Shown here piece after piece: positions 1-12,189 of a stretch of 64,000 bases of DNA. The translations under genes were made by a program, and so were the position numbers. The notes under the pieces were generated by a model, which saw only the letters and a list, made by a program, of their open reading frames with translations, ran no database searches and was not told where the DNA came from. Source of the DNA: Elsinoe ampelina (taxonomy: Eukaryota); assembly GCA_010093995.1 (NCBI GenBank), contig ML992505.1:1257147-1321146 (forward strand), given 5' to 3'. How positions within the stretch are numbered: position 1 is the stretch's first letter; the number at the start of each line of letters is the position of its first letter.

Positions 1-444
1 GAATTTTGTGAGTGGACTTTTTCTCTGTTTTTTCTTTCATGTGTGGTTTCTTATGAGGGAAGATTTTTGGTGGGGTGAGGTGGGGGCCTGGGGAAGAGGG
101 GTGGGAAAGGAGGGAGGGAGGGATGAATCGGGAGGAGAGGAGGGTGGTGGCGGCTGCGTTGGAGCAGGTGGTTTGGGATATGGAGTTGGGGTGGTGATGG
201 GAGGGGCAAGAGATGGAAATTGGGTCATGAAGAGGTGGTGCTATGCGTGTCAGAAGAGCTGGAAGGTATACGGGGATCATGATGGATGAGTTATGGTGTA
301 TGAGATACGATTGGATATGGGCTGGCCCCTGGGATGAAAATGCTAATGATGAACGCTTTCTTTTGTCTTTCATTATTGGGTTTCTCTTCTTGATACTGTC
401 TCACTTATGCAGGGGGACCAATTTCTAACATACATGCCTCATAG

Positions 445-681
445 CCATTCAACGCCTTCCTCTCCGGCTTCTCAGCAACAGTAGGCCAATTCGTACTCAC
501 AGCCAGCTTGCGCATCCAGACGAATCCAGACAACAAAGGCGAGTTCAAGAGCATCAGTCCAGAGAGGTACATACAACTTTCTCGCTTGAGTATCGTCACT
601 GACAGACTATCCAGAGCATTCGCGGACTACATCCTCGGCAGCGTAATCCTCCATTTCTTCTGCATCAACTTCATCAACTGA
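445..681 (+). CDS. OST2: Oligosaccharyltransferase subunit OST2/DAD1, last two exons (5' part lies upstream of the window)
   Basis: Not in the ORF track. Manual translation of 445-566 + 615-681 gives [62 protein letters not shown], the DAD1-family C-terminus. Intron 567-614 (GTACAT..CTGAC..CAG); upstream acceptor CTAAC..TAG ends at 444. Confidence 0.9.
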   Translation, partial: PFNAFLSGFSATVGQFVLTASLRIQTNPDNKGEFKSISPERYIQLSRLSIVTDRLSRAFADYILGSVILHFFCINFIN

Positions 682-902
682 GCGAATCACGTCGGGGCGT
701 AGCATCAAGCGAGCGTCCGGGAGCTGTACGAACGATGACATGCTCAATGTCAAGACAAACGAGCAGGTACCAAAAATTCATGTAACATTATCCATTCAAG
801 ACATCTAAATGCATGCAACGAATGCTTCCTACCCAACCCAGATCTAAATGCAACGCCAAACAACCCAAACCTCTCCCCGTTTTCCCTCTCCTCTCATCCT
901 CT

Positions 903-2614
903 CTAATGCCCATTGACCCCATTCCCATTCCCATCCTCCCCCTTCCCCTCCACCACCACCCCAAACTCCTCCCTCACCGCCTCCCCAAACCGCCTCACCG
1001 CCTCAACAATCCTATCGAACGGCGCCGCCGCATACGTCGCCCTGAAAAACATGGTATCATGCCTGACCTCATCGTCGGCGTAGAAGAAACTCCCCTTCAT
1101 GACCAACGCTCCCTTGCGGACACTCGCCTGGAAAATATCCTCCTCCAACTCCAACACGTCCTTCTCCCCCGACTTGAACTTCGGGTGGAGTTTATACTCG
1201 ACCTTCATCCAATGGAACATGCCCGCCGCAGGGGCTTGCCACGACACGAGGTCCTTTGGGAGGTGCGCGTCGCATGCTGCGAGCATGACGTCGCGGCGAC
1301 GGGTGTACTCGACGCGCATGTGGATGAGCCAGTCCAGGTAGCCTGAGTGGCCCCAGTGTTCGTCGAGGAGCTTGAAGAGGACGAGCTGCGACATGCCTGA
1401 CGGCGACTGCGTGGACAGGTCGGCGTGGCGGATGTACCGCTCTATCAGCTGCGCCGAGGCGGTGATCCACCCGAGACGGGCGCCGGGCGCGATGACTTTG
1501 CTGAACGAGTCCATGCGCATGACGCGGCCGTCGGTGTCGAGGGAGAGGAGCGAGGGGACGAGGGAGCGGAGGAAGGCGGCGTGGGAGGGGGGAAGGGGGG
1601 CCGGAGGGGCGTCAGGTCCGGTGTAGGGTTGCATTTGGAGGAAGTAGTAGGGTTCGTCTTCGAGGATGAAGAGGTCGTGTTTTTGGGCGATGGTGTAGAG
1701 GTCGCGGCGGCGTTGGAGGGACATGGTGGCGCCTGTGGGGTTTTGCCCCGTGGGGACGGTGTAGATGAGGAAGGGCTTGCGGGCTTGACGGGCGACTGGG
1801 TCCCAGTTGGTGAGGATGGAGTCGATGGCCGAGGGGATGAGGCCTTCGCTGTCGATGGGGATGGAGAGGAGGCGGCCGCCCATTTGGCGGGTGGTTTCCA
1901 CGGCCGCGGAGAAAGTGTACTCTTCGGTGAGGACATAGTCGCCTGGGTTGAGGAACATGCGGAGGGACATGTCGAGGGCGGAGGTTGATCCGATGGTCAT
2001 GGTGCATTGCCAGTCTCGGTAGGGCGGGTCGTGGACAAGTTCGGTGTGCTCTATGAGATAGCGGAGGAGCTGTGCTGAGCCGGTCCCTTGGCCGTAGTTG
2101 AATGCGGTCTCGATGTCAAAGAGCGACTTCTCGTTCGCAAGATCATGCTTGCCAGCAGTGAGGACTTGGCCAAATTCATGAACTGCCTGTTCTGAGTAGC
2201 CTCCAGCAGTAGGAACCTTGACGGATAGCTCGTCAAAGGGAAAGTACTCTGACGAAGGCAGACCTCCTCCAAGGGAGATCATGCCTGGGTTCTTGAGGTA
2301 CTTGGCCGCCGCCTTTAGTCTATTTCCCTGACGTCCCGCAGACTCCTTTGTCAATCGGTCTGTCAACATCAGTTTTGGTTCTTGCACTTGGAACGACTTC
2401 ACTTACGATCCCATCGTCTCGCCAAATGCTTGTGTGAATGAGAAGTGATCCCCTTGAACGCTTCAACATCCGCAGCAGCAGCCACTCCAGCAACGAGTCT
2501 ACCAGCTGCCGTTCGTCGCTTTCCAATCCCAGACAGTGTGAGTGGCTCTGGCAGAGTGACTCCCGTAGTATCCGTCTCCGCCACCACCTCAACATTGATG
2601 CCTGGAGGTGCCAT
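903..2614 (-). CDS. ARO8: Aromatic amino acid / 2-aminoadipate aminotransferase (PLP class I/II)
   Basis: Motifs ISLGGGLP, PTGQNPTG, EDEPYYFL, DSFSKVIAPGARLGW (PLP lysine). Exon 1 2614-2407, intron 2406-2360 (GTAAGT..AG) restores RRWDHRLTKES. Confidence 0.9.
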
Positions 2615-3290
2615 GATCAAAGATGGTCGAGTCGATACAATGCCGCTGATTGGCCAGCAAATGGTACTTTCGGTAGGTACTCTTACAGCGATCGTGTCTA
2701 CAGTCTATGAATAAAGAGAAAGAGTCACAGAATGTTTGTCTTATGTCAAGAGAAAAAGCTTCAACAAAAGTAGCTTAAGAGATACGAAACAATGATGGTC
2801 TGATTAGCAAAACCCCCTTTGCGCCTTGTCGACAGGGCGCAATGATCCATTAAAGCAAAAGCGAACAATGGTCGCGGCAGAAAACTCTCTCGACGCGACC
2901 CGGAGTTCGGAGTCTTGGTCGGCTTGAAGCGGCTCAAGCAAACATGGGATTGCGAGATGGAGCAGGTGTGATGATGAGACATTCACCGCCTTTGTTTTGA
3001 ACGGATAGTGGTCGCACGTGAGAGCTTGAATCAGCAGGTCGTACACAAGCGATGTCTTGGTATTTTGGATTCAAGAGTACCTTAGATCGATTTGTGTTGA
3101 TGACATGTTGAGCAGGCGGTCCGCCCTCCACGAAAGTGATACTCACGACAGGACAACTTGGATCTTATTCATACCTTTCCGTATTAGGTTGAGTACTCGC
3201 TAAACATCATCGAAAGAGTCAAGGGAACCACCTGACCTGCCCGCTAAACATGAACGCCTCCCAGACCCGTCCAGATCCCTTCATACCATC

Positions 3291-4292
3291 TCAAACATTC
3301 TGAACAACACCAGGCTCCACCCCCTCCAAAATCTCCTTCAACTCATCCCAAACCCTCCGACTAGTCTTCTTTCCCTCCTCACTATCCAGAAACTTCGCAT
3401 GCCTCTCAATCCTGCTATTCCCCAGGTACAACCCATGACTCTCTGGCCCAAAGCTAGCAGCATCCACCAACGTCCGCGAACCTACCTCAGTCGTGCGCGC
3501 ACCAAAGATGAGATTGAAGAGCGTGACGGCAAAGCCAGGAGCATCCCTCGCCAGCTCTGAGCGGCACAGACCGGGATTGACGTGATTGATGATGACACCG
3601 TCGGAGGCGCCTTTGTTCTTGAGGCGCTGCTCCTCTACGAGTCGTTGGATGGCCATGACGAGGACGAGTTTGGATGTTGGGTAGCGGCCTGTGGCCGAGA
3701 ATTTGCTCTCGTCGGCGAGCGTGGCGAAGATGGAGCCTGAGGGATCTTTGCGTTCTGGTAGGTCGCTGAAGAAGTGGACTTCTGAGGAGACGATGGTCAG
3801 GTGGGGACGGGTGGAGAAGGTATTGGCTGTTTCGCGGAGCTTGGGGAGGAGCAGCAGGGCGAGTAGCATGGTGCTGACCACGTTGGTAGTGATGGTGGAC
3901 TCATTGCCTTCCGTACGAGCGAATTTCTGCGTGTTGATGCCGGCATTCTCGAGGAGCACGTCGATGCGCTTGAGCTCGGAGGTTGCTTTGTCGGCGAATG
4001 CTTGCACGCTCTTGTAGGAGGATAGGTCAAGTTGCCAGACTTCGACGACGCCAACCCTCTTTGTAGCTTCTTCGATTTGGCGTTTGGCCTCTTCACCCTT
4101 GGAGACGGTACGGACGGCGATGATGACCTTTTCAGCTCCGAGGCGGACAAAATGCTTTGCTGCTTCGAAGCCGAGACCGGTGTTGGCGCCGGTGACGATG
4201 ATGGTCTTGCCGTCAAAGGACTGCGTTGGATAGGCAGGGGTCAGAAACCATTGGTAGTAGAGGAAGCGTGGGAGGTATGCGAGCTCGGCCAT
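3291..4292 (-). CDS. Short-chain dehydrogenase/reductase (retinol dehydrogenase-like)
   Basis: Single 333-aa ORF with TGANTGLG Rossmann motif, ENAG, VSS and catalytic YPTSK (YxxxK). Confidence 0.9.
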   Translation of the reverse strand: MAELAYLPRFLYYQWFLTPAYPTQSFDGKTIIVTGANTGLGFEAAKHFVRLGAEKVIIAVRTVSKGEEAKRQIEEATKRVGVVEVWQLDLSSYKSVQAFADKATSELKRIDVLLENAGINTQKFARTEGNESTITTNVVSTMLLALLLLPKLRETANTFSTRPHLTIVSSEVHFFSDLPERKDPSGSIFATLADESKFSATGRYPTSKLVLVMAIQRLVEEQRLKNKGASDGVIINHVNPGLCRSELARDAPGFAVTLFNLIFGARTTEVGSRTLVDAASFGPESHGLYLGNSRIERHAKFLDSEEGKKTSRRVWDELKEILEGVEPGVVQNV

Positions 4293-4886
4293 TGCGATGG
4301 GTCGGTTGTTGTATGTCTTCTAAGGTGATGTGAATGTGGAGTTCTGTCAAGGTAGGAAGTATCTGTATTGTGCTGTGAGGATGAGATGGCGATTGTTAAG
4401 GCACAGCCAACCTTGTTATAGGAGAGCAGCGGACATATTGATGTCACAAGCGTCCCTCTGTTGGCGGAGCTATCAATGTTGTCAAGTGTCGTTCGAGCTC
4501 AACAGGCGGACTGGTACAGCATCACTATCTCCGGCCTGTGAGCACGGCGGGGTAGCTCAGGCATGCACGCCGCACGGGAGACACTTATACATGATTTGTA
4601 AGTCTTGTACTTATCCTTGTGCAGATTGTGCATCCTATATGCGCTCGAGGCCGAGCAGTAGCAAAGGTTCATGCCAAGAAGCACGATTTCCAAGTTGACG
4701 ATGAACGAGAGGCTGAGAAGGTGAATACTGGGCATCGCCGGACTTTATGAACTGGAGTAGCGAGGACGACCAAGCGCAAGTGACCGGAATTTAGAGCACT
4801 CTCGTTCCATGGCCCGCAGACAACTCTCAATCGTGCTTTAACGTATCGTGAACTCGAATGAAGTCATTACGTCTGGGTATCTAATG

Positions 4887-6322
4887 TCAATAATCACTAT
4901 CCCCACTCCCTGCACCGCCTACGCTCATCGGAGTGTTGGAGCGACTTGAATCGTCTTCCGCCGATGCCCGCTCCGAACCAAGACCCGCTCCGAATCCGAG
5001 CCCACCTCGCCCCATGCTTTGCGTGTGTCCATTTGTCGTTGATATCATGCTCAACTCCGTCGTGTTATCAGACTTTGACGTTATCGACTCCCGCAGCTTG
5101 GTGAACTTTTCAGCAGTCTCTTTCAACGCCGTCTGTACGCGCACTTCCTCAGATCCGATCTGTGTTCGTTCCGCACGCAAGCTATCTAGTTCTTGAGCTT
5201 TGTTGGTTCTTGCGACTTCCATCTCTTCGAGTCGGGCTCTTAAGCGGCTCATGACACCATCTAGCGTAGGTAGTGGTGTGATCTTGGGTGGCGTACGAGG
5301 TCGAGCAGAGTCTGCGTCGTCCGCGCGAGATCCGTATGTGCCAGATCGTGTCTGCGCAGACTCGAATGCAGCATTACGTTCTGCCTCACTGTCATCCTCT
5401 TCAGCATCGTCACTCTGTCCTTCCGCTTGGTCAATCAGCGCTGCCATCTCGGCTCTCCGTTGAATCTCTGCCTCCTTCTCCGCCTTCCTCCCTAATGCCA
5501 TCTTGCCATCGGTCGTAAAGTCGTCAAAGTCCTCGAAGATGTCCTCGTCGTCCCGCACAAGTCGCGTTTCTGGGTACTTGTCCTGTGGCTTCAGTATGAG
5601 CTTCCCGTTCTCATCCCGAGTGACATTCTCATCCAGATCCTCATCCTCGGAGTTGGCATCTAAGGAAATGTACTCTTGCTCTTTTGCCAACCGCGCTCTT
5701 CTGAGCTTCTTCTCCTGAATCTCGGCATCTGTAGGTATTGCGCTTGGGGCTTGGTATCGTGACAAGCTGTTCCCAAACTTTGAAGCCAGGTCGACTGCTT
5801 TGCCGGGTGTCTCTCCGGTATCCTCTACATCAGTGGTGCTCACGGACAGGTCTCTGGGTGTGCTAGGCGTGCTCTGCTTAAGCTCATCCAGCACAGTCCT
5901 GCTGTATGTCGGGCGCTCTTCACTGCCTTCTCGTGATCCTCTAAATGGAACATCTGCGGCGAGTCGTCGTTCGGCATTGCGCTGAATCGCAACCTTGGAC
6001 AGATTGTTCCTCTTCGGTGTTACCACTCCTGAAGCTGAGATGTCGCCGTCGTCGTCTCCCCCTATTACTCCAAAGGACGTCCGGAGCGATGAAGATTTGC
6101 GGCTCTTATTCGAAGGTCGTTTGACGAAGGAAGGGGCTTCTGCATCGTATCAGCGTACTGTAAAGAGACGTCTGTCAGATGAAGCAGCAATGAGGTGAAA
6201 GATGGAAGCTTACCTGATTCGCTCGACGCTGCTGTCATGGATCCGCCAGACAGTCCTCCATCTTCGTCATCGTCACCCCCAATTTTGCGTGCAACTCGCT
6301 TTGCGCCAAAGGACTTCTTCAT
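4887..6322 (-). CDS. Nineteen-complex-related protein 2 (NTR2)-like spliceosome disassembly factor
   Basis: Exon 1 MKKSFGAKRVARKIG joined via intron 6213-6140 to the 379-aa ORF; RPTYS..LDELKQSTPSTP, AIPTDAEIQEKKLRRARLAKEQEYISL and a C-terminal coiled coil are typical of the fungal family. Confidence 0.7.
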
Positions 6323-6552
6323 TGTGAGTGAAAGCGCCGGGTGACGCTGCAGGGACCAGTGCTACCGCATTTGTTGTATTGAATGTGTTATCCCGTGAGT
6401 CACGTCCAGGAGTCGGGGTCAGCAGGCGATTGTAGAGTGTAGTCCTCGAAAGTGAAACTCAATACATCCCACTTCGCGCCAAGACCTTCAAAAAATTGAA
6501 GCTTGACTTCCGACTTGAGCGTGAGTACTTGCGACACACACATACCAACACA

Positions 6553-6957
6553 ATGCCTCAAGCACAACCAGAACTCAAGAAGGTGCGGTCGCTAACTGAA
6601 TATGATTGGATTAGTACTAATGTCATATCCAGTATCTCGACAAGAGACTCTTCGTCCAGCTCAACGGTAGCCGCAAGGTCATCGGCACTCTGCGTGGATA
6701 CGATGTATGCTGTGCCTTCCCTTGGATGCCGATGGTTGTTGCTGACTAGATTTAGGTGTTCCTCAATATTGTCCTAGAAGACGCTCTCGAGGAGAAGGCG
6801 AACGGCGAGAAGGTCAGGATGGGTCAGGTCGTATGTGATGCTCCTCGGAGCCTCATTATTCGCATGCTAATGATCGCAGGTGATCCGCGGCAACTCTGTT
6901 GTCATGTTGGAAGCACTGGAGCGCATGGGACCTATCCGCGATGATCGAGAGCATTAA
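6553..6957 (+). CDS. SMX2: Small nuclear ribonucleoprotein G (Sm G)
   Basis: Four exons (6553-6582, 6633-6704, 6756-6830, 6880-6957) splice to MPQAQPELKKYLDKRLFVQLNGSRKVIGTLRGYDVFLNIVLEDA...VVIRGNSVVMLEALERM, with Sm1/Sm2 motifs. Confidence 0.93.
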
Positions 6958-7154
6958 GGGGGACCATACCGAGGCAAGGAAACAGCAAAGTGAGGCGTGA
7001 GGCAGATCTGGCGGGAATGATCACGAGAGCCAGAAGTAAAATGGTCGTTCAGCGATACCCACTGGGAGCATAAAAAGTCTGGCGTTAAGGAGAGGCAAAG
7101 GGACGGCAGGGCTTTCGTTCGGAATGATCAACATCAATGTTCCTGGATCGATAT

Positions 7155-8378
7155 CTACAACTTCGACTTTGACACTCGTCCCTGCTTCATGCACTCTTCT
7201 ACCAACATCCACGCCACCTCTCCGAATGGCTTGAAGGAGTTGCCGTATTCTGTCGCCTTCGCGCTGCTGGCTTGACGCAGCGCGTGCCGGGCAGCGATGC
7301 CCTGCATGATGATGCTCCCACGATAGATACCAAACGCTTCACCCCAGGTCATGTCTGGAGTAGGATCCCAGCCCGCGACTTCTCGGTACCAAGCTATGCA
7401 CTCTTCTTTGGAGGGCAAGCCAGGGGTCTTCCCAGGGATGAATGAATCACTTCCTCTTCCGATCTTTCGTGCCAGCTCGATATTTGATGTTGTGTATGGC
7501 GTGAGTAGGTTGGAGAGGTCGGAGAGTGGGTGACCGATAGTCGACATCTCCCAGCTACGATAATGTAAGTCCCGTGACTTCACGCAGGGTCAGCTACGAC
7601 TTACTCTAATATGCCAATCACCCTCGGCTCGGTCTTGTGAAACACCACATTGTCGATCTTGTAGTCACCATGCACGAAGCCTGTCCTGTCCTTCGGTTGT
7701 GTGGTCGCAAAGAATGAGCTCATCTCCTCAAAATGCGGGATCTTTCCAGTCTGAATCTTGGTGTCCACATCCACTGCCTTGCTCTGTGCCTCGGATATCG
7801 TCTTGAATGTGGCCAATTGCCTGTTGTAGAAGCCGGTATGCTTTCCAAAGTTCTCCAGCTTCACACTCGCCGGGTCCACCCTGTGGAACTTTGCCAGTGT
7901 TGTGATAGCTGAATGCCACATCTTCCTTCGATCCTCTGGGCTCACGTCTGGCATTGCAGGATCCTCAAAGATGCGACCGTCCAGAAACTCCATGACATAG
8001 AATGGTGTACCCACGACCGAGTCATCCTCACAAAGACAGTATGCTTTTGGTACAGGCACGTCGGTCTCCTCCAGCGCATGTATAATTCGGTACTCGCGGT
8101 CTACCTTGTGGGCGGTCTTGGAGAGAAGTTGTCCAGGAGGTTTCTTTCGCATGACAGCCTTGCGGCCGTCTACTTTTGATTTGAGAAAGTATGTGGGGTT
8201 GCTCTGTCCATAGCCAAACTGATCATAAAGGTTAGCTCTGTTCATGATCACTTTACAGCCGAGGAGGGGGCATGCTGACCTGCTTTACATCTAATGGAGT
8301 CTTGAGCTCCGGGACATGCTTGTCGATATACTTCTCCAGAGCCGGAATATCAATTGCCTGCCGTATCTCACCCGCCAT
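7155..8378 (-). CDS. APH/choline-kinase-like phosphotransferase (ACAD10/11 N-terminal-like)
   Basis: [18 protein letters not shown].. / [32 protein letters not shown], and DWE formed across the second intron; two GT-AG introns. Confidence 0.88.
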
Positions 8379-8908
8379 CTTTCCTGTGTGCTGAGGAAAG
8401 AAGGATGCCCATGGTGTCGCATGGAGGATGTTGCTTCCCCCAGGTTTCGGCGGGGCTCAGATGCCGAGGTTGAAACTAAAAGGGTAAAGCGTCAACAGTC
8501 CGATTATCTCAAGAAGCCGAGCACTGTTCATGGTCACCAAATTCCTTCGTGAAGTCAGATGCAAGCTTCCGAGGCGACATGGCTTTCCTAAATAGACTGC
8601 CTGTTGTCGGGACCGCAATGTGAGTGAACCTCGACGTGACCGGATCCCGGTCTAAGTCATGTTCTGCAATACCACGATATACGTGATCAAGCACTTCCAT
8701 GATCTCCTTAGGCGCGACAAATCGCCACACGTCTAGTCGCAGTCATGTTCACCTAAGTCACTTTCGTAGCTTCAGTCGCAGCCATGTGAAGCTAGGCTGC
8801 CACCAGTCTTCGCTTACACATCTCCGCAGCGCGACTTCATCATTGACTCGACACCACGCTTCTTCGTGACTCTAATAAACATCTTTCAGACCACATTTGC
8901 ATCTAGTC

Positions 8909-9713
8909 ATGGCTGAAACCAAGAGGAAGACGTTCTCTATGCTTGGTGAGATCCCTTCGAACATGCTTCGCAGATCGTCCCTTACTGTACAAAGAGAATA
9001 ACCCCGATGTCATCAACGCATTCGCTGCACGCATGGGTCTATCACCCGATCTATCGTTCCACGAAATCTGGTCATTCGACGATCCTGATCTGCTCGGCTT
9101 GATACCTCGGCCGGTCCACGCTCTGCTCGTCATCATGCCTTTCACTCCATCATGGCACGAAAGGCGTCAAGCCGAGGATAACGACATGCACGACTATGTC
9201 GGATCAGGTCCTGATGAGCCTGTCGTATGGTTCAAGCAGATCATCGGTCATGCGTGTGGCTCAATTGGAGCTCTGCATTGCTTGATCAATGGCGAAGCTG
9301 TCGACTACCTGCAGCCCGGCAGTACAGCGGAAAAGCTGCACAAGGAAGCCATTCCGCTGAAGATGGAAGAGCGCGCCCAAATGCTCCATGACTCTCAGGA
9401 ATTTGAGGATATTCATCGTTCGGTAGAGATGCAAGGATCCAGCGTAGTACCCACAAGGAGCGAGCAGGATAGATTGGGTCAGCATTTCGTGGCATTCGTC
9501 AAGGGCAAGGATGGTCATCTCTGGGAATTGGAGGGAAGTAGAAAAGGGCCATTGGATCGTGGGAAGCTCGAGGCTGACGAAGACGTGTTGAGCCCGAGAG
9601 CTCTTGACCTGGGCATCCGAGGCGTGATAGAGAAGGAAGTGGGCTCTGGCGGCAGTGACTTGAGATTCAGCTGTCTCGCACTTTGCAACACGCGAAACTC
9701 AAAGACAGCATAG
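8909..9713 (+). CDS. Ubiquitin C-terminal hydrolase, peptidase family C12 (UCH-L3/YUH1-like)
   Basis: Short exon MAETKRKTFSML spliced to ENNPDV; KQIIGHACG (catalytic Cys), QHFVAFV (His), WELEGSRKGP. Confidence 0.88.
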
Positions 9714-9940
9714 TCCATGATAGGAATTGTGCAGAACGAAAACGATGGCCAAGCAATAATTGTACGAAAAGCCCCTTTGATTTTGAAGCTGCATGCTCTT
9801 GACCATGTCCGACTAGGCCCGAAACGGTAACGTGTATCTCATGTTTATTCGCAGATCTTCTCAACCTCAATCAATCCGTGACACACGGACGTTATGTGAT
9901 CGACCTCACGGACCACATGCTTGTATAGCTTTTTGGCACA

Positions 9941-12069
9941 ATGGCCTCGCATACACCTCTCCGACGTGCCCCAGCGCGACCTTCCATGGGCGCCAATTCA
10001 TCACCCAACTTGCTGGAGCGAGCTTCGACGAACATGCATCGCAAGGCTAGCTACAACGCGCTCATCGGCGGTCCACCCACGACTCCCTCGAGCAAGATCG
10101 CTACCAATGGCGGGGACTTTGCTGTGGGCGATATCGTCAATGTGCCTGGCGACATGTTTGGTACGGTCAAGTTCATTGGAAGCGTGGCAGGCAAAGCAGG
10201 GCGCTTCCTGGGAGTCGAGCTCGAGAGTGATTTTGCAGCTCGAGGCAAGAACAGCGGCGACGTCGATGGGTAATGCATCTTGGTTAGCGCTCTCAGTGCA
10301 GTCAGCTGACTCTTTACAGCATTTCCTACTTCGTGACGAGCGTCCCCAACTCCGGCATCTTCCTACCAGTCCACCGCGCACAGCTCCGTTATTCTCCCTC
10401 ATCGAACGACCAACACTCTGCCGAATCCTCCCCTTCGACTCCCACCGCAGCTTCATACCGCCGCAAAGGCTCATCTCCGACCACTCCATCAGTCCCCAAA
10501 TTCGCTCAGACAGTCGGGCCTGGCGCTCGACCTCCGTCCCCTTCATTCAAGCCGCAGCAACCACGACAGTCCCTCCCACGGCCCGAATCTCCCCTTCGCC
10601 GCGCTCCAAATCTAACACCGGGTCCTCCACGGCAATTCTCACAATCAGTCCGTCCGGGCGCGCGGCCTCCCACCACTCCAGGACGATCCGCAACACCGAA
10701 GCTCTCGGCCTCTGTACGTGGCGGAGCACCTCCCACAAGACCCTATAGCCGGACGGGTTCTCGTCTCGGCCAGCGCTCCGAGAGCGAAGCGAGCGATGTA
10801 GGTATGGCGCGATCGAGCGGTGTACCATCCTTCTCCCATCCAATGCGCAGCCCAAGTAGACTCAATCGCAGCGTAGATGAGGTCGTCGAACTAAGAGAAG
10901 AGCTAAGCCGGAAAGAGCGACAACTGGAAGAGCAAGCCGTACAGCTGGCGGAGATGGAGGTCAGCGTGAAGGAGCTCTCTGCTCTCATACCCGGCAGCCC
11001 AATCAAGGGAAGCAGCGACGCCGGAGAGGATGGTGAAGGAGAAGTCGAGCTCCGACGAGCATTGAAAGAGAAGAACGACAAAATCTCCAGCCTCGTAGCT
11101 GAATTCGATGCACACAGAGCCGACTTCCGCTCCACAATCGAGACTCTCGAACTCGCCAGCGACGAGACCGTCCGCATGTATGAGGAACGCATCAGAGAAC
11201 TTGTTGCAGAAGTGCAAGGCCTTCGCGAGAACAGCACCGCACAGAAAGACGTTGAGAGCATCGCGGCACAACTCAAGATGCTTGAAGAGCTGGTAGCCGA
11301 GCTAGAAGACGGCCTCGAAGACGCCCGTCGCGGTGAAGCCGAAGCGAGAGGAGAAGTCGAATTCCTCAGGGGCGAAGTCGAGCGTGGCCGCAGCGAACTC
11401 AAGCGCGAGCGAGAGAAGGCTGCTCAGTTGGCTGGAGGGGAGACGGACGACCGCGGTAGGGAGCTTGAGATGAAGGACGATGAGATCCGAGGTCTCAAGG
11501 CTATATTGCACTCTGTGCAAAGCAACGGGGATCACGACGACGATGATGCTCCAAGGCAAAACAGCAGCGTCTACTCTGTGGACATGGAGGAGATGAAGCG
11601 GCTGCAGACCAGTCTGCACGAGTTGGAAGTACAGAACGCCGAGCTGGAAGCGCAGCTGCGGAGGGAGCAGGAGGAGAAGAGTATGCTGAGCCCTAGTATG
11701 GCGTCGAAGAAGAGTTTCAGCGGAATGGGAGATTCCTCAAAGGAAGGCGGTAGTCACGCAACGAGTCGGAAGCCGAGTCGAGTAGAGGACGAGGAGCGAT
11801 GTGATGGCTGTAACAAGCTTGGACACGATCTGCTCAACTGTCCGAGCTTCAGTCAGCCAGGCGGGTACGCAAACGGGACTGCGAGTGGCAATGGGTACTT
11901 GGATCAGCGACAGCGAAATGGCAGTCTGGTCTCGTCGAGGACGGGGCCAGGTGTCTCCCCTCTGCCAGCTAGCGAGGCGACGAAGACGGCAAAGGACGAG
12001 GACAAGTGGTGTGCGCTGTGTGAGCAGGATGGGCATCTGGCGTTTGATTGTCCGAATGAGCAGTATTAG
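9941..12069 (+). CDS. CAP-Gly microtubule plus-end protein, CLIP-170/BIK1/ClipA-like
   Basis: CAP-Gly GTVKFIG..GVEL..GKNSGDVDG, intron 10270-10319, Ser/Pro linker, long coiled coil, two CCHC knuckles (CDGCNKLGHDLLNC, CALCEQDGHLAFDC), terminal EQY. Confidence 0.88.
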
Positions 12070-12189
12070 GGATGCTGTGGTTTGTAGACTATATGGACCC
12101 GAGGAACGAGATCCATGACTTGGGTGTACGAGAGGTTGTATATACCTTCATTGAACATATTATCCTCCGCTACGCGCAGTGCCATTGAC

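Noticed and set aside
1..444. Possible snoRNA or ORFs in the long OST2 intron (ATGATGA near 347)
   Set aside because: No downstream CTGA D box before the acceptor; the ORFs are low-complexity products of G-rich skew.
6140..6213. Stwintron-like arrangement in the NTR2-like intron (first splice would create a new GTACGC donor)
   Set aside because: The resulting second intron would be only 19 nt; a single intron using the distal acceptor keeps the frame.
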